34,133 bases of DNA, from positions 1 to 34,133 of the forward strand of contig CAYIQX010000003.1 of NCBI GenBank assembly GCA_964365675.1, read 5' to 3'. The number at the start of each line of letters is the position of its first letter. The first letter of the stretch is position 1. Source of the stretch: an uncultured Candidatus Saccharibacteria bacterium. GTDB taxonomy: Bacteria; Patescibacteriota; Minisyncoccia; Sungbacterales; SURF-37. Positions 17,324 through 25,890 of this stretch are shown here, piece after piece. The notes beneath the pieces were generated by a model. It was not told the DNA's origin. It saw only the letters and a list, made by a program, of their open reading frames with translations, and searched no databases. The translations under genes were made by a program, and so were the position numbers.

Positions 17324-18622
17324 ATGAGTTTCCGCCGCACTCTTTCCACGCGATTTTTGCTCCTGCTTGCTGCGGGAGCATTGATTTTTATCTCCATCAA
17401 TGCGGTAGCCAAAGAGGGGGCGCTATCCGAGCCGACCGATATTCGGGAGCAGATTGATGAGAAAAATCAGGAGATCAAGCGCCTGGAAATCGAGGCCGCA
17501 AAGTATCGGACGACGCTCGACGAAATCGGGCGCAGCGCCAATACCCTGCAATCGCAGATCGCGAACCTTGAAAAAGCCATCAAGGGGCTGGATGCGAACA
17601 TCCGCGTTACGAACGCGAAAATAACCCGTACCAACCTTGAAATTCAGGCGCTGGGTGTCGGCATCCGAGAAAAAGAAAGTTCCATCGCGGCCCAGCGCGA
17701 ACGGATCGGCGCACTCGTCGGAACGCTTGCCGCCAATGACCGGGAAACGCCGCTGGAGATCCTGATGAAAAACGAAACGCTGTCTGAGTTTTTTGCTTCG
17801 GTGGATGCACTCCGTGGTATCCAGCGCGACCTTGTGGGCCTGCTCGCCGAGCTCCGGAGAGCCCGCCAGAACCTGAAGGAGCGTAAGGTTACCGCCGAGT
17901 CAAAGCGCCTGGAGTTGGCTTCGCTCGTGGAGGATCTTGCGGACCAGAAAGCGCTCGTGGTCGAGGAGCGGAAGGAACGGAACCTCTTGCTTGCCGAGAC
18001 CAAGAACCAGGAGCGCCGTTATCAGGAACTGCTTGGTGAAGTTGAGCGCAAGCGCGATGCCTTACAGCAGGAGATCAATACTATGGAGTCGGGGTTGAGC
18101 GCTTCCTTTGACCGCGCTATCTTGCCGGCCCCGGGGAAGGGTATTCTCGGCTGGCCACTGCCAAGCCCTATTTTTATCACCCAGTACTTTGGGAATACCT
18201 CGTTCGCCCGCGCCGGCGGCTATAACGGCAAAGGCCATAACGGCATTGATTTTCGTGCCGTGGCTGGGACGCCTCTCTTTGCCGCGGAGCGCGGGACGGT
18301 GAGGGCTATCGGTGACACCGATACCGCCTGCCGCCGCGCTTCGTACGGCCGTTGGATGCTCATCGATCACCCCAATAACCTCACGACTTTGTATGCGCAC
18401 ATGTCGCTTATTAAGATACGGCCAGGGGAGAGCGTAAATCGGGGAGAGCTTATTGGGTATGCCGGCCGGACGGGCTATGCCACCGGTCCACACTTGCATC
18501 TTTCGGTATTCGCTCAGCAAGCAGTAAACGTAGGGCAGCTTGTCAGCCGCGTATGCGGTCGCGTTATGACCCTGCCACTTTCACCGTTCGGTGGGTATTT
18601 GAATCCACTGGATTATCTCTAG
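17324..18622 (+). CDS. Coiled-coil M23 metallopeptidase (murein hydrolase/EnvC-like architecture)
   Basis: Signal/anchor; long coiled coil; HNGID; YAHMS; TGPHLH; NPLDYL; TGGTATAAT 10 nt upstream of the ATG. Confidence 0.92.
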   Translation: MSFRRTLSTRFLLLLAAGALIFISINAVAKEGALSEPTDIREQIDEKNQEIKRLEIEAAKYRTTLDEIGRSANTLQSQIANLEKAIKGLDANIRVTNAKITRTNLEIQALGVGIREKESSIAAQRERIGALVGTLAANDRETPLEILMKNETLSEFFASVDALRGIQRDLVGLLAELRRARQNLKERKVTAESKRLELASLVEDLADQKALVVEERKERNLLLAETKNQERRYQELLGEVERKRDALQQEINTMESGLSASFDRAILPAPGKGILGWPLPSPIFITQYFGNTSFARAGGYNGKGHNGIDFRAVAGTPLFAAERGTVRAIGDTDTACRRASYGRWMLIDHPNNLTTLYAHMSLIKIRPGESVNRGELIGYAGRTGYATGPHLHLSVFAQQAVNVGQLVSRVCGRVMTLPLSPFGGYLNPLDYL

Positions 18623-18625
18623 CGT

Positions 18626-19726
18626 ATGGTGCTCGGATTTTTTCGCCTACTTATCCTTTTCCTTGCCGCCGTTGCCGCCGGTGAACTAGTTAGTAAATTC
18701 CATAGGGGGCCCGTGCTGAAGGAACCCCTGCCAACGATCGAGATACGAGATATAGAGTTGCCCACGCCGCCGCTTTCCAAGCCGCCTGCACCTCCGCCTC
18801 CCCATTCGACGGATTCGGCAGGTTCGACCGGCTCACTGCAAGCAGGTTCACCGCGGGCAAGCTCCCAGCCTTCGCAAAGCTACGGCGGGCAGGCAGGACA
18901 AGCGCCATCGCCGAAGCCGGCTCCCGCGCCCGTGCCTCCGCCAGCTGGTGGACCTCTGCTGCCCCCGATACTGAACACATTGCCGCCGCCTCCACCCCCA
19001 CCTCCTTCACCGCCTTTAGTACTGAAAGAGGCCGAATTTTACGCGCGCTACGCGGCGGCAGTGGTACAAATATTCTGCCGCACATCACAGGAAATTTTTG
19101 CCGCTTCCGGCATCATCGTGAACGAGCGCGGCCTTATTATGACCAATGCCCATGTGGGCGAGGTGGTAAAGCGGAGCGGTGAAGAAAACTGCCAGGCCCG
19201 CCACGGCAACCCAGCCGGCAGGTTTGCCGGCATCCAGATCATTTTTATCGCCGATACCGCCTTGAAGATATCCGGGACCGAGGTACCCCAGCGCGACGTG
19301 GCCTTTTTAGCCCTCGTGGGGTCCGCGGAACCATTCGCGGTGGCCCCGTTTGGTCTTACGTTCGTTGAGCGGGGGACTACGCTTCTCACGCTCGGCTACC
19401 CCAGCGAGTTCCTTGAAGGCATTACCACCACTGCAAATTCGAATCTTGTTTTTTCCTCTCTGCGCGTAGATGAGTATGTCGATGTTGACAACAACGACAC
19501 CACTGCGGAGGCATACGCCTCCAAGGGCGGGATCGCGCTTCAGCAGGGGAGTTCTGGAACGGCGCTCTTCCAGCCAAGCGGGCATATCGTCGGCCTCATT
19601 TTTGCGACCACCAAGGGCGCCACGACCCAAGACCGTCAGGGCATTGCGCTTACCACGCCCTATATCGACAAAATTTTGCGATTGGAAACGGGGGAGGGCC
19701 TAGTGGGGTTCATAGCGGGGCATTGA
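18626..19726 (+). CDS. Trypsin-like (S1) serine protease with a Pro-rich linker
   Basis: N-terminal TM; TNAHV (His); DVAFL (Asp); QGSSG (Ser). Confidence 0.88.
   Translation: MVLGFFRLLILFLAAVAAGELVSKFHRGPVLKEPLPTIEIRDIELPTPPLSKPPAPPPPHSTDSAGSTGSLQAGSPRASSQPSQSYGGQAGQAPSPKPAPAPVPPPAGGPLLPPILNTLPPPPPPPPSPPLVLKEAEFYARYAAAVVQIFCRTSQEIFAASGIIVNERGLIMTNAHVGEVVKRSGEENCQARHGNPAGRFAGIQIIFIADTALKISGTEVPQRDVAFLALVGSAEPFAVAPFGLTFVERGTTLLTLGYPSEFLEGITTTANSNLVFSSLRVDEYVDVDNNDTTAEAYASKGGIALQQGSSGTALFQPSGHIVGLIFATTKGATTQDRQGIALTTPYIDKILRLETGEGLVGFIAGH
18801..18903 (+). repeat. Nested palindromic mini-repeats inserted in frame in the protease linker
   Basis: Outer CCCATTCGAC..AAGCTC..AGGACAAGC matches 26304-26327. 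Inner CCAGCCTTCGCAAAGCTACGGCGGGCAGG is the reverse complement of the 24711/31147 family. Confidence 0.75.
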
Positions 19727-19804
19727 TGCCACAGCAGGCCGTTATGTCGGGAAAATGATAATGTGCGACATTGTCTATTTGAAAAGAGGGTTCGGGGTGC
19801 TCCC

Positions 19805-20146
19805 CTAACCCTCCGGGAACGTCAGCCGCGACGGCTCGGCGTTGCAGATGTTAACTTCCCGCAAGAGCGCTTCGTGGCAACCTTTGCACTCGGCGAGATG
19901 CAGGAGCGTACGTTCCTCTGTTTCGAGATCAAGCCGTAGGCCGAGGTAGTCCTCCATTACCGCCACTACCCTACTGCAAGGCGGCGAATGGAACTCCTGG
20001 AGGTGCCGCCAGTAGCTCTCCGGCAGCCAAAAGCTCTCCGGGGTTTCTACGCGGTTAACGAGGAAGAGCCGCGCGCCGAGTGCGGGATCGCACCGTGGAC
20101 AAACGATTTTGGGAAATTTCTCTTCCAGCTCATCGTCGCCGGCCAT
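19805..20146 (-). CDS. Orphan zinc-binding protein with a zf-HC2 (ZAS anti-sigma-like) motif
   Basis: ATG 20146 after SD AGAGGAGG; CPRC...H-x4-H; C-x2-V...YL...L...HLAECKGC. Confidence 0.7.
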   Translation of the reverse strand: MAGDDELEEKFPKIVCPRCDPALGARLFLVNRVETPESFWLPESYWRHLQEFHSPPCSRVVAVMEDYLGLRLDLETEERTLLHLAECKGCHEALLREVNICNAEPSRLTFPEG

Positions 20147-20274
20147 ATTGGCCTCCTCTGTATTCGTTACCCCCATTTAGATAGACCGATCAGGCCGCCC
20201 GTAGGTTTCAGAGAGTTCTTATCTTTTCACTCTCCCTGCCGCAAAGTGGCGAGGTATCCTGGGAAGGAACAAAC

Positions 20275-20311
20275 AATAAAAAGTCCGCCCGTGCGCTCTA
20301 CGCGCGGGCGG
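20275..20311 (-). terminator. Intrinsic terminator
   Basis: CCGCCCGTGCG / CGCGCGGGCGG stem with an A-tract on the left. Confidence 0.7.
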
Positions 20312-20618
20312 CTTGCTTCCTGGCTTGCTACCCAGCTACTCCACGATGACGTAGCCGGTGGTGGTGGTGATCTCCTCCCAGGCATTCACTTCTCCGGGCG
20401 CATTTGCCCGGCCGCGAAAGTGGAGCCGGAAACGATTCGTCCCCGGCGTGGGCTGACCGGTGAAGAGACATTTAAGAAGTACCACGGTCGCCGGAGGCCG
20501 TCAAAATAGTTCGGTCAAATTCTACCGACCGGGAAATTTTGACCGTAAAGGCCAGCAACGCCGCCGTACATAATCCATCCGCTCTCCACTCATCCCCCTC
20601 ACCCGATGAGGATACGAC

Positions 20619-20652
20619 AAAGAGAAAGGCCGGAGCGTCAGGCGCTCCGGCC
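20619..20652 (-). terminator. Intrinsic terminator
   Basis: Perfect 10-bp stem GGCCGGAGCG / CGCTCCGGCC with AAAGAGAAA on the left. Confidence 0.8.
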
Positions 20653-20674
20653 GTATCGTTTCCGGCACCAGCGA

Positions 20675-20935
20675 TCACTCGGCGCGGGGCAACATGAGCC
20701 GCATCCAGCTTCCAGCGGGACCGAGGTCCACCCCACCGCCGTTGCCGAGCGCCACCGCACCGAGCATGAGGATGACCGCCGCGATGGCTCCGCCGACGAC
20801 CATCGGCCACGTGAGGCGGAAGCCCGGTGCGATGGTACGATCCACCTGCTCCGCCGGGACCACTCGGAGGCAGGCCCGCCGCCTGTCCCCTCTCCGCTGG
20901 TGTATCTGCCGCCGCTCTTCCGGGGTGATCGACAT
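20675..20935 (-). CDS. Orphan single-TM protein (86 aa)
   Basis: SD GAGGAGGTGA; basic N-terminus; TM VVGGAIAAVILMLGAVALG; terminator downstream. Confidence 0.7.
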   Translation of the reverse strand: MSITPEERRQIHQRRGDRRRACLRVVPAEQVDRTIAPGFRLTWPMVVGGAIAAVILMLGAVALGNGGGVDLGPAGSWMRLMLPRAE

Positions 20936-21016
20936 GGGCTGTCACCTCCTCGGATTGTCTCTCTCTTTACCCTACCCTACAATCAAGGCAATTCAATCTA
21001 TCTAATCCACACCCGA

Positions 21017-22225
21017 ATGCGCACCTCCTATTCCGCACTCGAAACTTTCAAACTCTGCCCGCAGAAGTTCAAGTTCCAGGCCATTGACCGTATCCCGGCT
21101 AAAACCTCGAAGGCCGCGCTTTTCGGCACGCACATCCACTCCGCGCTCCGCTACATGTTCTCCCAGGAGCCCCTCTTCCCTACCCTGGACGAGGTGGTCT
21201 CCTATTTTCATACTAACTTCCCGCCGCCCGAGAAGTTCGACGCCGCGCCGGAGGAAAAAGAATTGTATCTTGCCGAAGGCGCGCGGATGCTAAAAAACTT
21301 CTATGCAAAAAACGCGCCCTGGAATTTCACCGTAGCCGGCCTCGAATCGCATTTCGAGGTTCTCCTGGAAGACCCGCGGCGCCGGGAAACGCATGTGCTC
21401 GCCGGACGCATCGACCGCATCGACAAAACGGATACCGGCTATGAGGTAGTGGATTACAAGACGTCGCGGCGCCTGCCCTCGCAAGCCGATGTGGATAAAG
21501 ACCTCCAGATGTCCATCTACTCTCTGGGTCTCCAAAAGCGCTGGCCGCACGTGAAGGCGGAGGACATTAAGCTTTCGCTCTATTTTCTTAAGCATGGCGA
21601 AAAACTCTCGACCCAACGGGACGCATCAGCAACGGAGGCGACAGCTCATGATGTTCTGAAAATAATTTCGGATATTCAAGGCCGGCTTTCGACCGGCGGG
21701 TATTTTGAAGCCGTGCCCGGGCCGTACTGCGGCTTCTGTCCCTACCGGGAGATTTGCCCGGCTTGGCGGCACCTGTATAAGAAGCAAGAAGCAGGAAACA
21801 TGAATCAGGATGAAGCTGATGCCGCGCTGAAAGAGTATTTCACGCTCCTGAAAAGCCAGCAGGAACACGAAGCGCGGCTCGCCGAGCTCAAGTTTAAAAT
21901 CCGCGAATACATGGAAGCCGGAGGGTATGACCGGGTATTCGGCGAGGACGGCTATCTCGCCCGTTCGGTCCAGAAGCGCTTTTCCTACGATTTCGGGAAA
22001 GTCCGCGCGATCCTCGAACCCATCGGCAAATGGGCCGACGTGCTCTCGGCGGATGAGAAGAAACTAAAGGCGCTCGCCGGATCCCTGCCCCCGGAAGTCC
22101 GAAGCGCGATCGAGGACGCCCGCGTTCTCGCGCGCGAGTTCACCGTCATCAGCGCAAGCGCTAAAAAAATCCGGCCGGTTCCGCCTTCGGGTAAGCCCGA
22201 TGCCGCAAGTAGCAAGGAATTCTAG
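21017..22225 (+). CDS. PD-(D/E)XK nuclease of the AddB/Cas4-like Fe-S type with a C-terminal extension
   Basis: SYSALETFKLCP; FGTHIH; E-x-x-F; GRIDRID; VDYKTS; Q-x3-Y; CGFCPYREIC. Confidence 0.9.
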   Translation: MRTSYSALETFKLCPQKFKFQAIDRIPAKTSKAALFGTHIHSALRYMFSQEPLFPTLDEVVSYFHTNFPPPEKFDAAPEEKELYLAEGARMLKNFYAKNAPWNFTVAGLESHFEVLLEDPRRRETHVLAGRIDRIDKTDTGYEVVDYKTSRRLPSQADVDKDLQMSIYSLGLQKRWPHVKAEDIKLSLYFLKHGEKLSTQRDASATEATAHDVLKIISDIQGRLSTGGYFEAVPGPYCGFCPYREICPAWRHLYKKQEAGNMNQDEADAALKEYFTLLKSQQEHEARLAELKFKIREYMEAGGYDRVFGEDGYLARSVQKRFSYDFGKVRAILEPIGKWADVLSADEKKLKALAGSLPPEVRSAIEDARVLAREFTVISASAKKIRPVPPSGKPDAASSKEF

Positions 22226-22233
22226 CGAGCGCC

Positions 22234-22266
22234 AAAGAAAAGGCCAGGGCGCTTTTGGCCCTGGCC
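22234..22266 (-). terminator. Intrinsic terminator between convergent genes
   Basis: GGCCAGGGC / GCCCTGGCC stem with AAAGAAAA. Confidence 0.75.
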
Positions 22267-22273
22267 GCGCGCA

Positions 22274-22459
22274 TCAGTGCGCCTGCGCCGCGAGCAGGAT
22301 GAAGGCGATGACGGTGAGGCCGATGAGGAACTTGGTAGTCAGAGTATAGGCTCGTTCCCTCGAGAGCTCGAGGGACCAGAGCCGGGCATGCCATCGCCTG
22401 ATGCCGGCAAGGGCATGGTGCTTCCTCGGAACGGCCGGACGGGTCGCGACAATGGCCAT
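22274..22459 (-). CDS. Orphan small protein with a C-terminal TM (61 aa)
   Basis: SD AAAGGGGG; FLIGLTVIAFILLAA; own terminator. Confidence 0.65.
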   Translation of the reverse strand: MAIVATRPAVPRKHHALAGIRRWHARLWSLELSRERAYTLTTKFLIGLTVIAFILLAAQAH

Positions 22460-22609
22460 GGCGATTCCCCCTTTCCCGCTCTTAGACCTGTCTGCTGATT
22501 TTCTACCACGCCATGCCGCCGGCGCTCAAGCTATTGCAAATATTGCCGGATTTGTTACCATTTTGGGGGTACTGATCTTCCCGTAAGCGCGTCCCCGGAG
22601 GAAAGCGCG

Positions 22610-23050
22610 ATGCTGAAGCGATGGCTTGGATATCGAATTTGGGACGTTCCCGGAGTGCTCTCGCTCATCATTCTCGGCTCGGCGGCTGGCTTCGCCCTCG
22701 CCGAGCGCTGGAGCGGGCCGGGTCCAGAGCTTCCGGTCGCGCTTGCCGCTTTTGGCGGCGGGATTGCGGTAGGGCTCGGATTCCCGGTGCGCGTGGGCCT
22801 CTTGGCTGCGGCGCTCACCGGTCCCGCCCTCTCCCTTGCGCTCGGTATTGCCGCCGCGATCGGTGAGGGCGGGTTCCCGGATGGATTTTGGGAGACCGCT
22901 GGCGCGCTCTTCATCATCGCGCTCTACCTGGCCGCTCCCCTGGCTTTGGGCGGACTTGCCGGGAGAGGGATGCGGCGCCTGATTGCCGCTCTGGCCGAGA
23001 GAGCCATGCTCGGCGGCCGCCCGCTTAGGGCAAAAGCGCCTGTTCCCTAG
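22610..23050 (+). CDS. Hypothetical 4-TM membrane protein
   Basis: 146 aa, Gly/Ala/Leu-rich TM segments; terminator hairpin at 23035-23067. Confidence 0.75.
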   Translation: MLKRWLGYRIWDVPGVLSLIILGSAAGFALAERWSGPGPELPVALAAFGGGIAVGLGFPVRVGLLAAALTGPALSLALGIAAAIGEGGFPDGFWETAGALFIIALYLAAPLALGGLAGRGMRRLIAALAERAMLGGRPLRAKAPVP

Positions 23051-23065
23051 GGAGCAGGCGCCTTT

Positions 23066-23159
23066 TTATTCTCCTTCGCCCTAAAACCACGGGCGTAAGC
23101 CCGTGGATGAAAGGCATAAAAGGAGAATAACCCGCCATAGCTTTCGCAAAGGCGGGTTA
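23066..23159. repeat. Stacked inverted-repeat elements
   Basis: TTATTCTCCTT / AAGGAGAATAA enclose CCACGGGC-GTAA-GCCCGTGG; then TAACCCGCC-ATAGCTTTCGCAAA-GGCGGGTTA. Confidence 0.75.
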
Positions 23160-23178
23160 CCTGCCAGCCCGGTTGCGG

Positions 23179-23685
23179 CTAGGGGTTCGCGGTTGCGACA
23201 AAGCGCATCATGATGGGATTTCCGCCGGCATCTTTTATCGGCATGTCTTTGGTGTGGTCGAACTGGCGGTCGCCATCATCAGCATGGAGCATGGCGAAAT
23301 ATACCCTTCCCTCTTCGGTCGGGCGGAGCAGTTCTACGCTGCCCGATTGGTTCATGCCAGCGCTGAAGCGCCGGGCGCCGAGAATGTGCCCCGGCTTGCC
23401 GCTTTCTTCCTCATGGATGACCACCCAGCCGTCGGCGGCAAGAGTAATCATGCCGAGCGTAACGCTTACTCCCGGCGGTTGATCGCTTACGGCAAGGGCA
23501 TAGTCGCCCGTAGGCACGGTCCCCGAATTCGGCGGCGTTGGGGCTGAGGATGTTCCGGGGATCGGTTGCGGTGAAGCGGTAGGGGTTGGCGAGTCAGTTA
23601 ACATACCTCCGCCAAGCCAAAATCCTCCACTAAGTCCAACGATAATGAGGGTGGAAGCGATAATGATTTTTTGATATACGTCCAT
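23179..23685 (-). CDS. Membrane-anchored extracellular beta-sandwich protein (DUF7282-like)
   Basis: N-terminal TM; Pro/Thr linker; VSDQ...GWVVIH...PGHILGA...AMLHADDGD...FD. Confidence 0.75.
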   Translation of the reverse strand: MDVYQKIIIASTLIIVGLSGGFWLGGGMLTDSPTPTASPQPIPGTSSAPTPPNSGTVPTGDYALAVSDQPPGVSVTLGMITLAADGWVVIHEEESGKPGHILGARRFSAGMNQSGSVELLRPTEEGRVYFAMLHADDGDRQFDHTKDMPIKDAGGNPIMMRFVATANP

Positions 23686-23798
23686 AATGCGGTACGGAGA
23701 AGTGGTTATTAAGAACTCGCGGATATTCTAGCAAAAGAATACTCAAAAGCAAAAATTGCCGGCATTGTAGCATTGGACGGCCGATGGCAATCCGATCT

Positions 23799-23996
23799 TT
23801 AGCGGCCCTTCCTCGGTAACTGATAGGCCGAAAAGGCGAGGTAGCCGGCAACCGCGAGGAAGAGCCAGCTCGTCCATAGGGGAATGGCCCAGCCGTTTAT
23901 GACCGCACTCCAGCCGTAGACAAGGCGCAGAGCGTGGAGAAGCGCGATGGCCGCAAAAATAACGCCGGCTGAAATATTGAATGATCGTTGACGCAT
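23799..23996 (-). CDS. Small 2-TM membrane protein
   Basis: 65 aa; IFAAIALLHALRL...W...IPLWTSW. Confidence 0.8.
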   Translation of the reverse strand: MRQRSFNISAGVIFAAIALLHALRLVYGWSAVINGWAIPLWTSWLFLAVAGYLAFSAYQLPRKGR

Positions 23997-24011
23997 ATGT
24001 CCACTCTACTA

Positions 24012-25322
24012 CTATTTTCCTACCGGTGAAATCTTATATATCACGCCGGCCTTGTCATCGGAGAGGTACATTACGCCGCCGGGTTCAACCAAAATATCAA
24101 CCGGCCGGCCAAGGGCGCCGGATGGCGTAAGCCAGCCGGTGATGAAGTCCTCCACGCCCTCGTAGTTCCCTTCGGCGTCGAATTTGTGGCGTACCACCTT
24201 ATAGCCGGTCGGCTGTGAACGGTTCCAGGAGCCATGGTAGGCCACGAGCAGGTCATACCAGTAATCCTCGGGCCATCCTTCTCTGGGAACGAAAGCGAGG
24301 CCGAGCGGAGCGGAGTGCGCCGGAATATCAATAGACGAGGCGTGTACGAACGGCTCCCTACAGGGGTTGCGGATATAGACGTTCTTATCGAAATCGTCAT
24401 CATGGACATTTTTGCCGTAGCAGTTCGGCCAGCCGTAATTCGCTCCCTCCTCGACGATGTTTATCTCATCCGGGGGCAAATAATCGCCGAGCCAGTCGCG
24501 GCCCATCTCCGTAGCCCACATCTTTGCTCGAGCGTAGTCCCAGGTGAAGAACACTGAATTCCGCAGGCCGCGCGCGAATATCTCGCTCTCTTTCGTTCGC
24601 GGGTCAATACGGATGATGCTGGCCCGCTGTTCATCCTCCTCGCGGCAGACGTTGCAACTTGAACCGATAGAGATATAAAGAAACTGTTTGTTGTCCGGCT
24701 TGCCCGCCGACCTGCCCGCCAAAGCTTGAGCGTCGGCGGGAGCTCCGCCAGTCGGCGGAGCGGAGGAGGGCCCGAATCCGATGGTGCGCGTGTAGTGGCC
24801 GCCGCCCGCGTCCGGAAGGGCAAGCACGGTCTCGCCCGTATCGTCGGAGTATGTCGCCACCCGCCATAACCGGTCTTCCTCGGCGATATAGAGCAATACG
24901 CCCCGTTCAGGGTCGAACGCAAGGCCGTGCGGGCGGTTGAGCCCGCGGAATACATCCGTTTGGTGGCGCACCTGCCCGGTATCCCGATCGAGTTCAAGAA
25001 GCGTTATCGCTCCCTGGCCGGTGCGGCTTACCCAGAAATTCCCGAAACTGTCACGCCGCATGACCCGGGCTCCAGGAAGGTCTTTTGCAAAAATGGTTAT
25101 CCTGAATCCGGCCGGCAACTTAAGAGGCATAGTGATCTCGTTTCCCGCTTGTAGCGGGACTCCGGGCGGTATGGAGTCATCGGGCAAGAATTTTGTAATG
25201 TCATCCGGCGGCTTGCCAAAGGGCGCCCGAACGGCGGGCAAGAGGCGGCGAGCGGCAATGAAACCGCCGATGAAAACGGCGGCAACGAGGGCAATGAGTA
25301 CGGAGCGGCGGTACGTCGGCAT
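24012..25322 (-). CDS. PQQ-dependent sugar / L-sorbosone dehydrogenase family beta-propeller
   Basis: LPAGFRITIFA; PHGLAF; GHYTRTI; GSSCNVC; ARGLRN; GRDWLGD..PPDE; YGWP; HSAPLG; HGSWNR; GRPVD. ATG overlaps the VKOR stop. Confidence 0.92.
   Translation of the reverse strand: MPTYRRSVLIALVAAVFIGGFIAARRLLPAVRAPFGKPPDDITKFLPDDSIPPGVPLQAGNEITMPLKLPAGFRITIFAKDLPGARVMRRDSFGNFWVSRTGQGAITLLELDRDTGQVRHQTDVFRGLNRPHGLAFDPERGVLLYIAEEDRLWRVATYSDDTGETVLALPDAGGGHYTRTIGFGPSSAPPTGGAPADAQALAGRSAGKPDNKQFLYISIGSSCNVCREEDEQRASIIRIDPRTKESEIFARGLRNSVFFTWDYARAKMWATEMGRDWLGDYLPPDEINIVEEGANYGWPNCYGKNVHDDDFDKNVYIRNPCREPFVHASSIDIPAHSAPLGLAFVPREGWPEDYWYDLLVAYHGSWNRSQPTGYKVVRHKFDAEGNYEGVEDFITGWLTPSGALGRPVDILVEPGGVMYLSDDKAGVIYKISPVGK
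24699..24770. repeat. 72-nt nested palindromic insertion within the dehydrogenase
   Basis: Removing it converts GFGP-SSAPPTGGAPADAQALAGRSAGKP-DNK to GFGPDNK. Confidence 0.85.
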
Positions 25323-25744
25323 TAGCGGAGAACGAGTGCGATAAAAATGAACGCGTTCAAAGCATTGGCGAGGAGGCAGTAGGAGCAGTAGTTTTTCAGT
25401 ACGAATGTTTGGATGGCCGTGAGCATGGCGGACGCGGCACATGCGGCGCCCGAGAGGACCGTGGCGAGAACGAGCGGGTCAATCCCCTGCCCCCACACCG
25501 AAATTTTTGGTGTGGGGGCCTGCTCCGCAAACAGAAGGAGAAAAAGGAGGAGCGTGTAATAGCCGAGGCCGAGGAATTCATTCCGGAAGCCGAGGAGCGA
25601 GCCGTAGCGGCTGTCGAGTACGGTCTGGCAGTTTTCGCCGATAGGGCAGATGAGGGGGCTATGCGGTTTTATATAGCGCTTCCAAAGAAGATACAGAGAG
25701 TCGATGAGGCCAAGGGCGACGGCGATGGCAACGACAGTGGTCAT
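25322..25744 (-). CDS. Vitamin K epoxide reductase (VKOR) family protein
   Basis: Loop cysteines CPIGENC; VLDSRYG; CSYC active site; four TM helices. Confidence 0.9.
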   Translation of the reverse strand: MTTVVAIAVALGLIDSLYLLWKRYIKPHSPLICPIGENCQTVLDSRYGSLLGFRNEFLGLGYYTLLLFLLLFAEQAPTPKISVWGQGIDPLVLATVLSGAACAASAMLTAIQTFVLKNYCSYCLLANALNAFIFIALVLR

Positions 25745-25890
25745 TCCCCTATCGTATATCGGGGTTACTTTCGCTCATACCCGCGATACGCTCTGGTATC
25801 GAGGTGCATACTCCGAAGATTGCATGGGGGCGGAGGCCGTTTTATACTGTAGTCACATTAGGTAAAGGTCTATATAAATCAGATTTCCCT

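Noticed and set aside
20472-20945. 157-aa minus-strand ORF
   Set aside because: Reads through a strong terminator; the SD spacing and TM helix favour 20675-20935.
20606-21016. Long N-terminal extension of the nuclease ORF
   Set aside because: Antisense to the 86-aa gene and spans a terminator; the family motif begins at ATG 21017.
21017-22225. Cas4 / CRISPR locus
   Set aside because: No repeat-spacer array and no cas1 or cas2 in the window.
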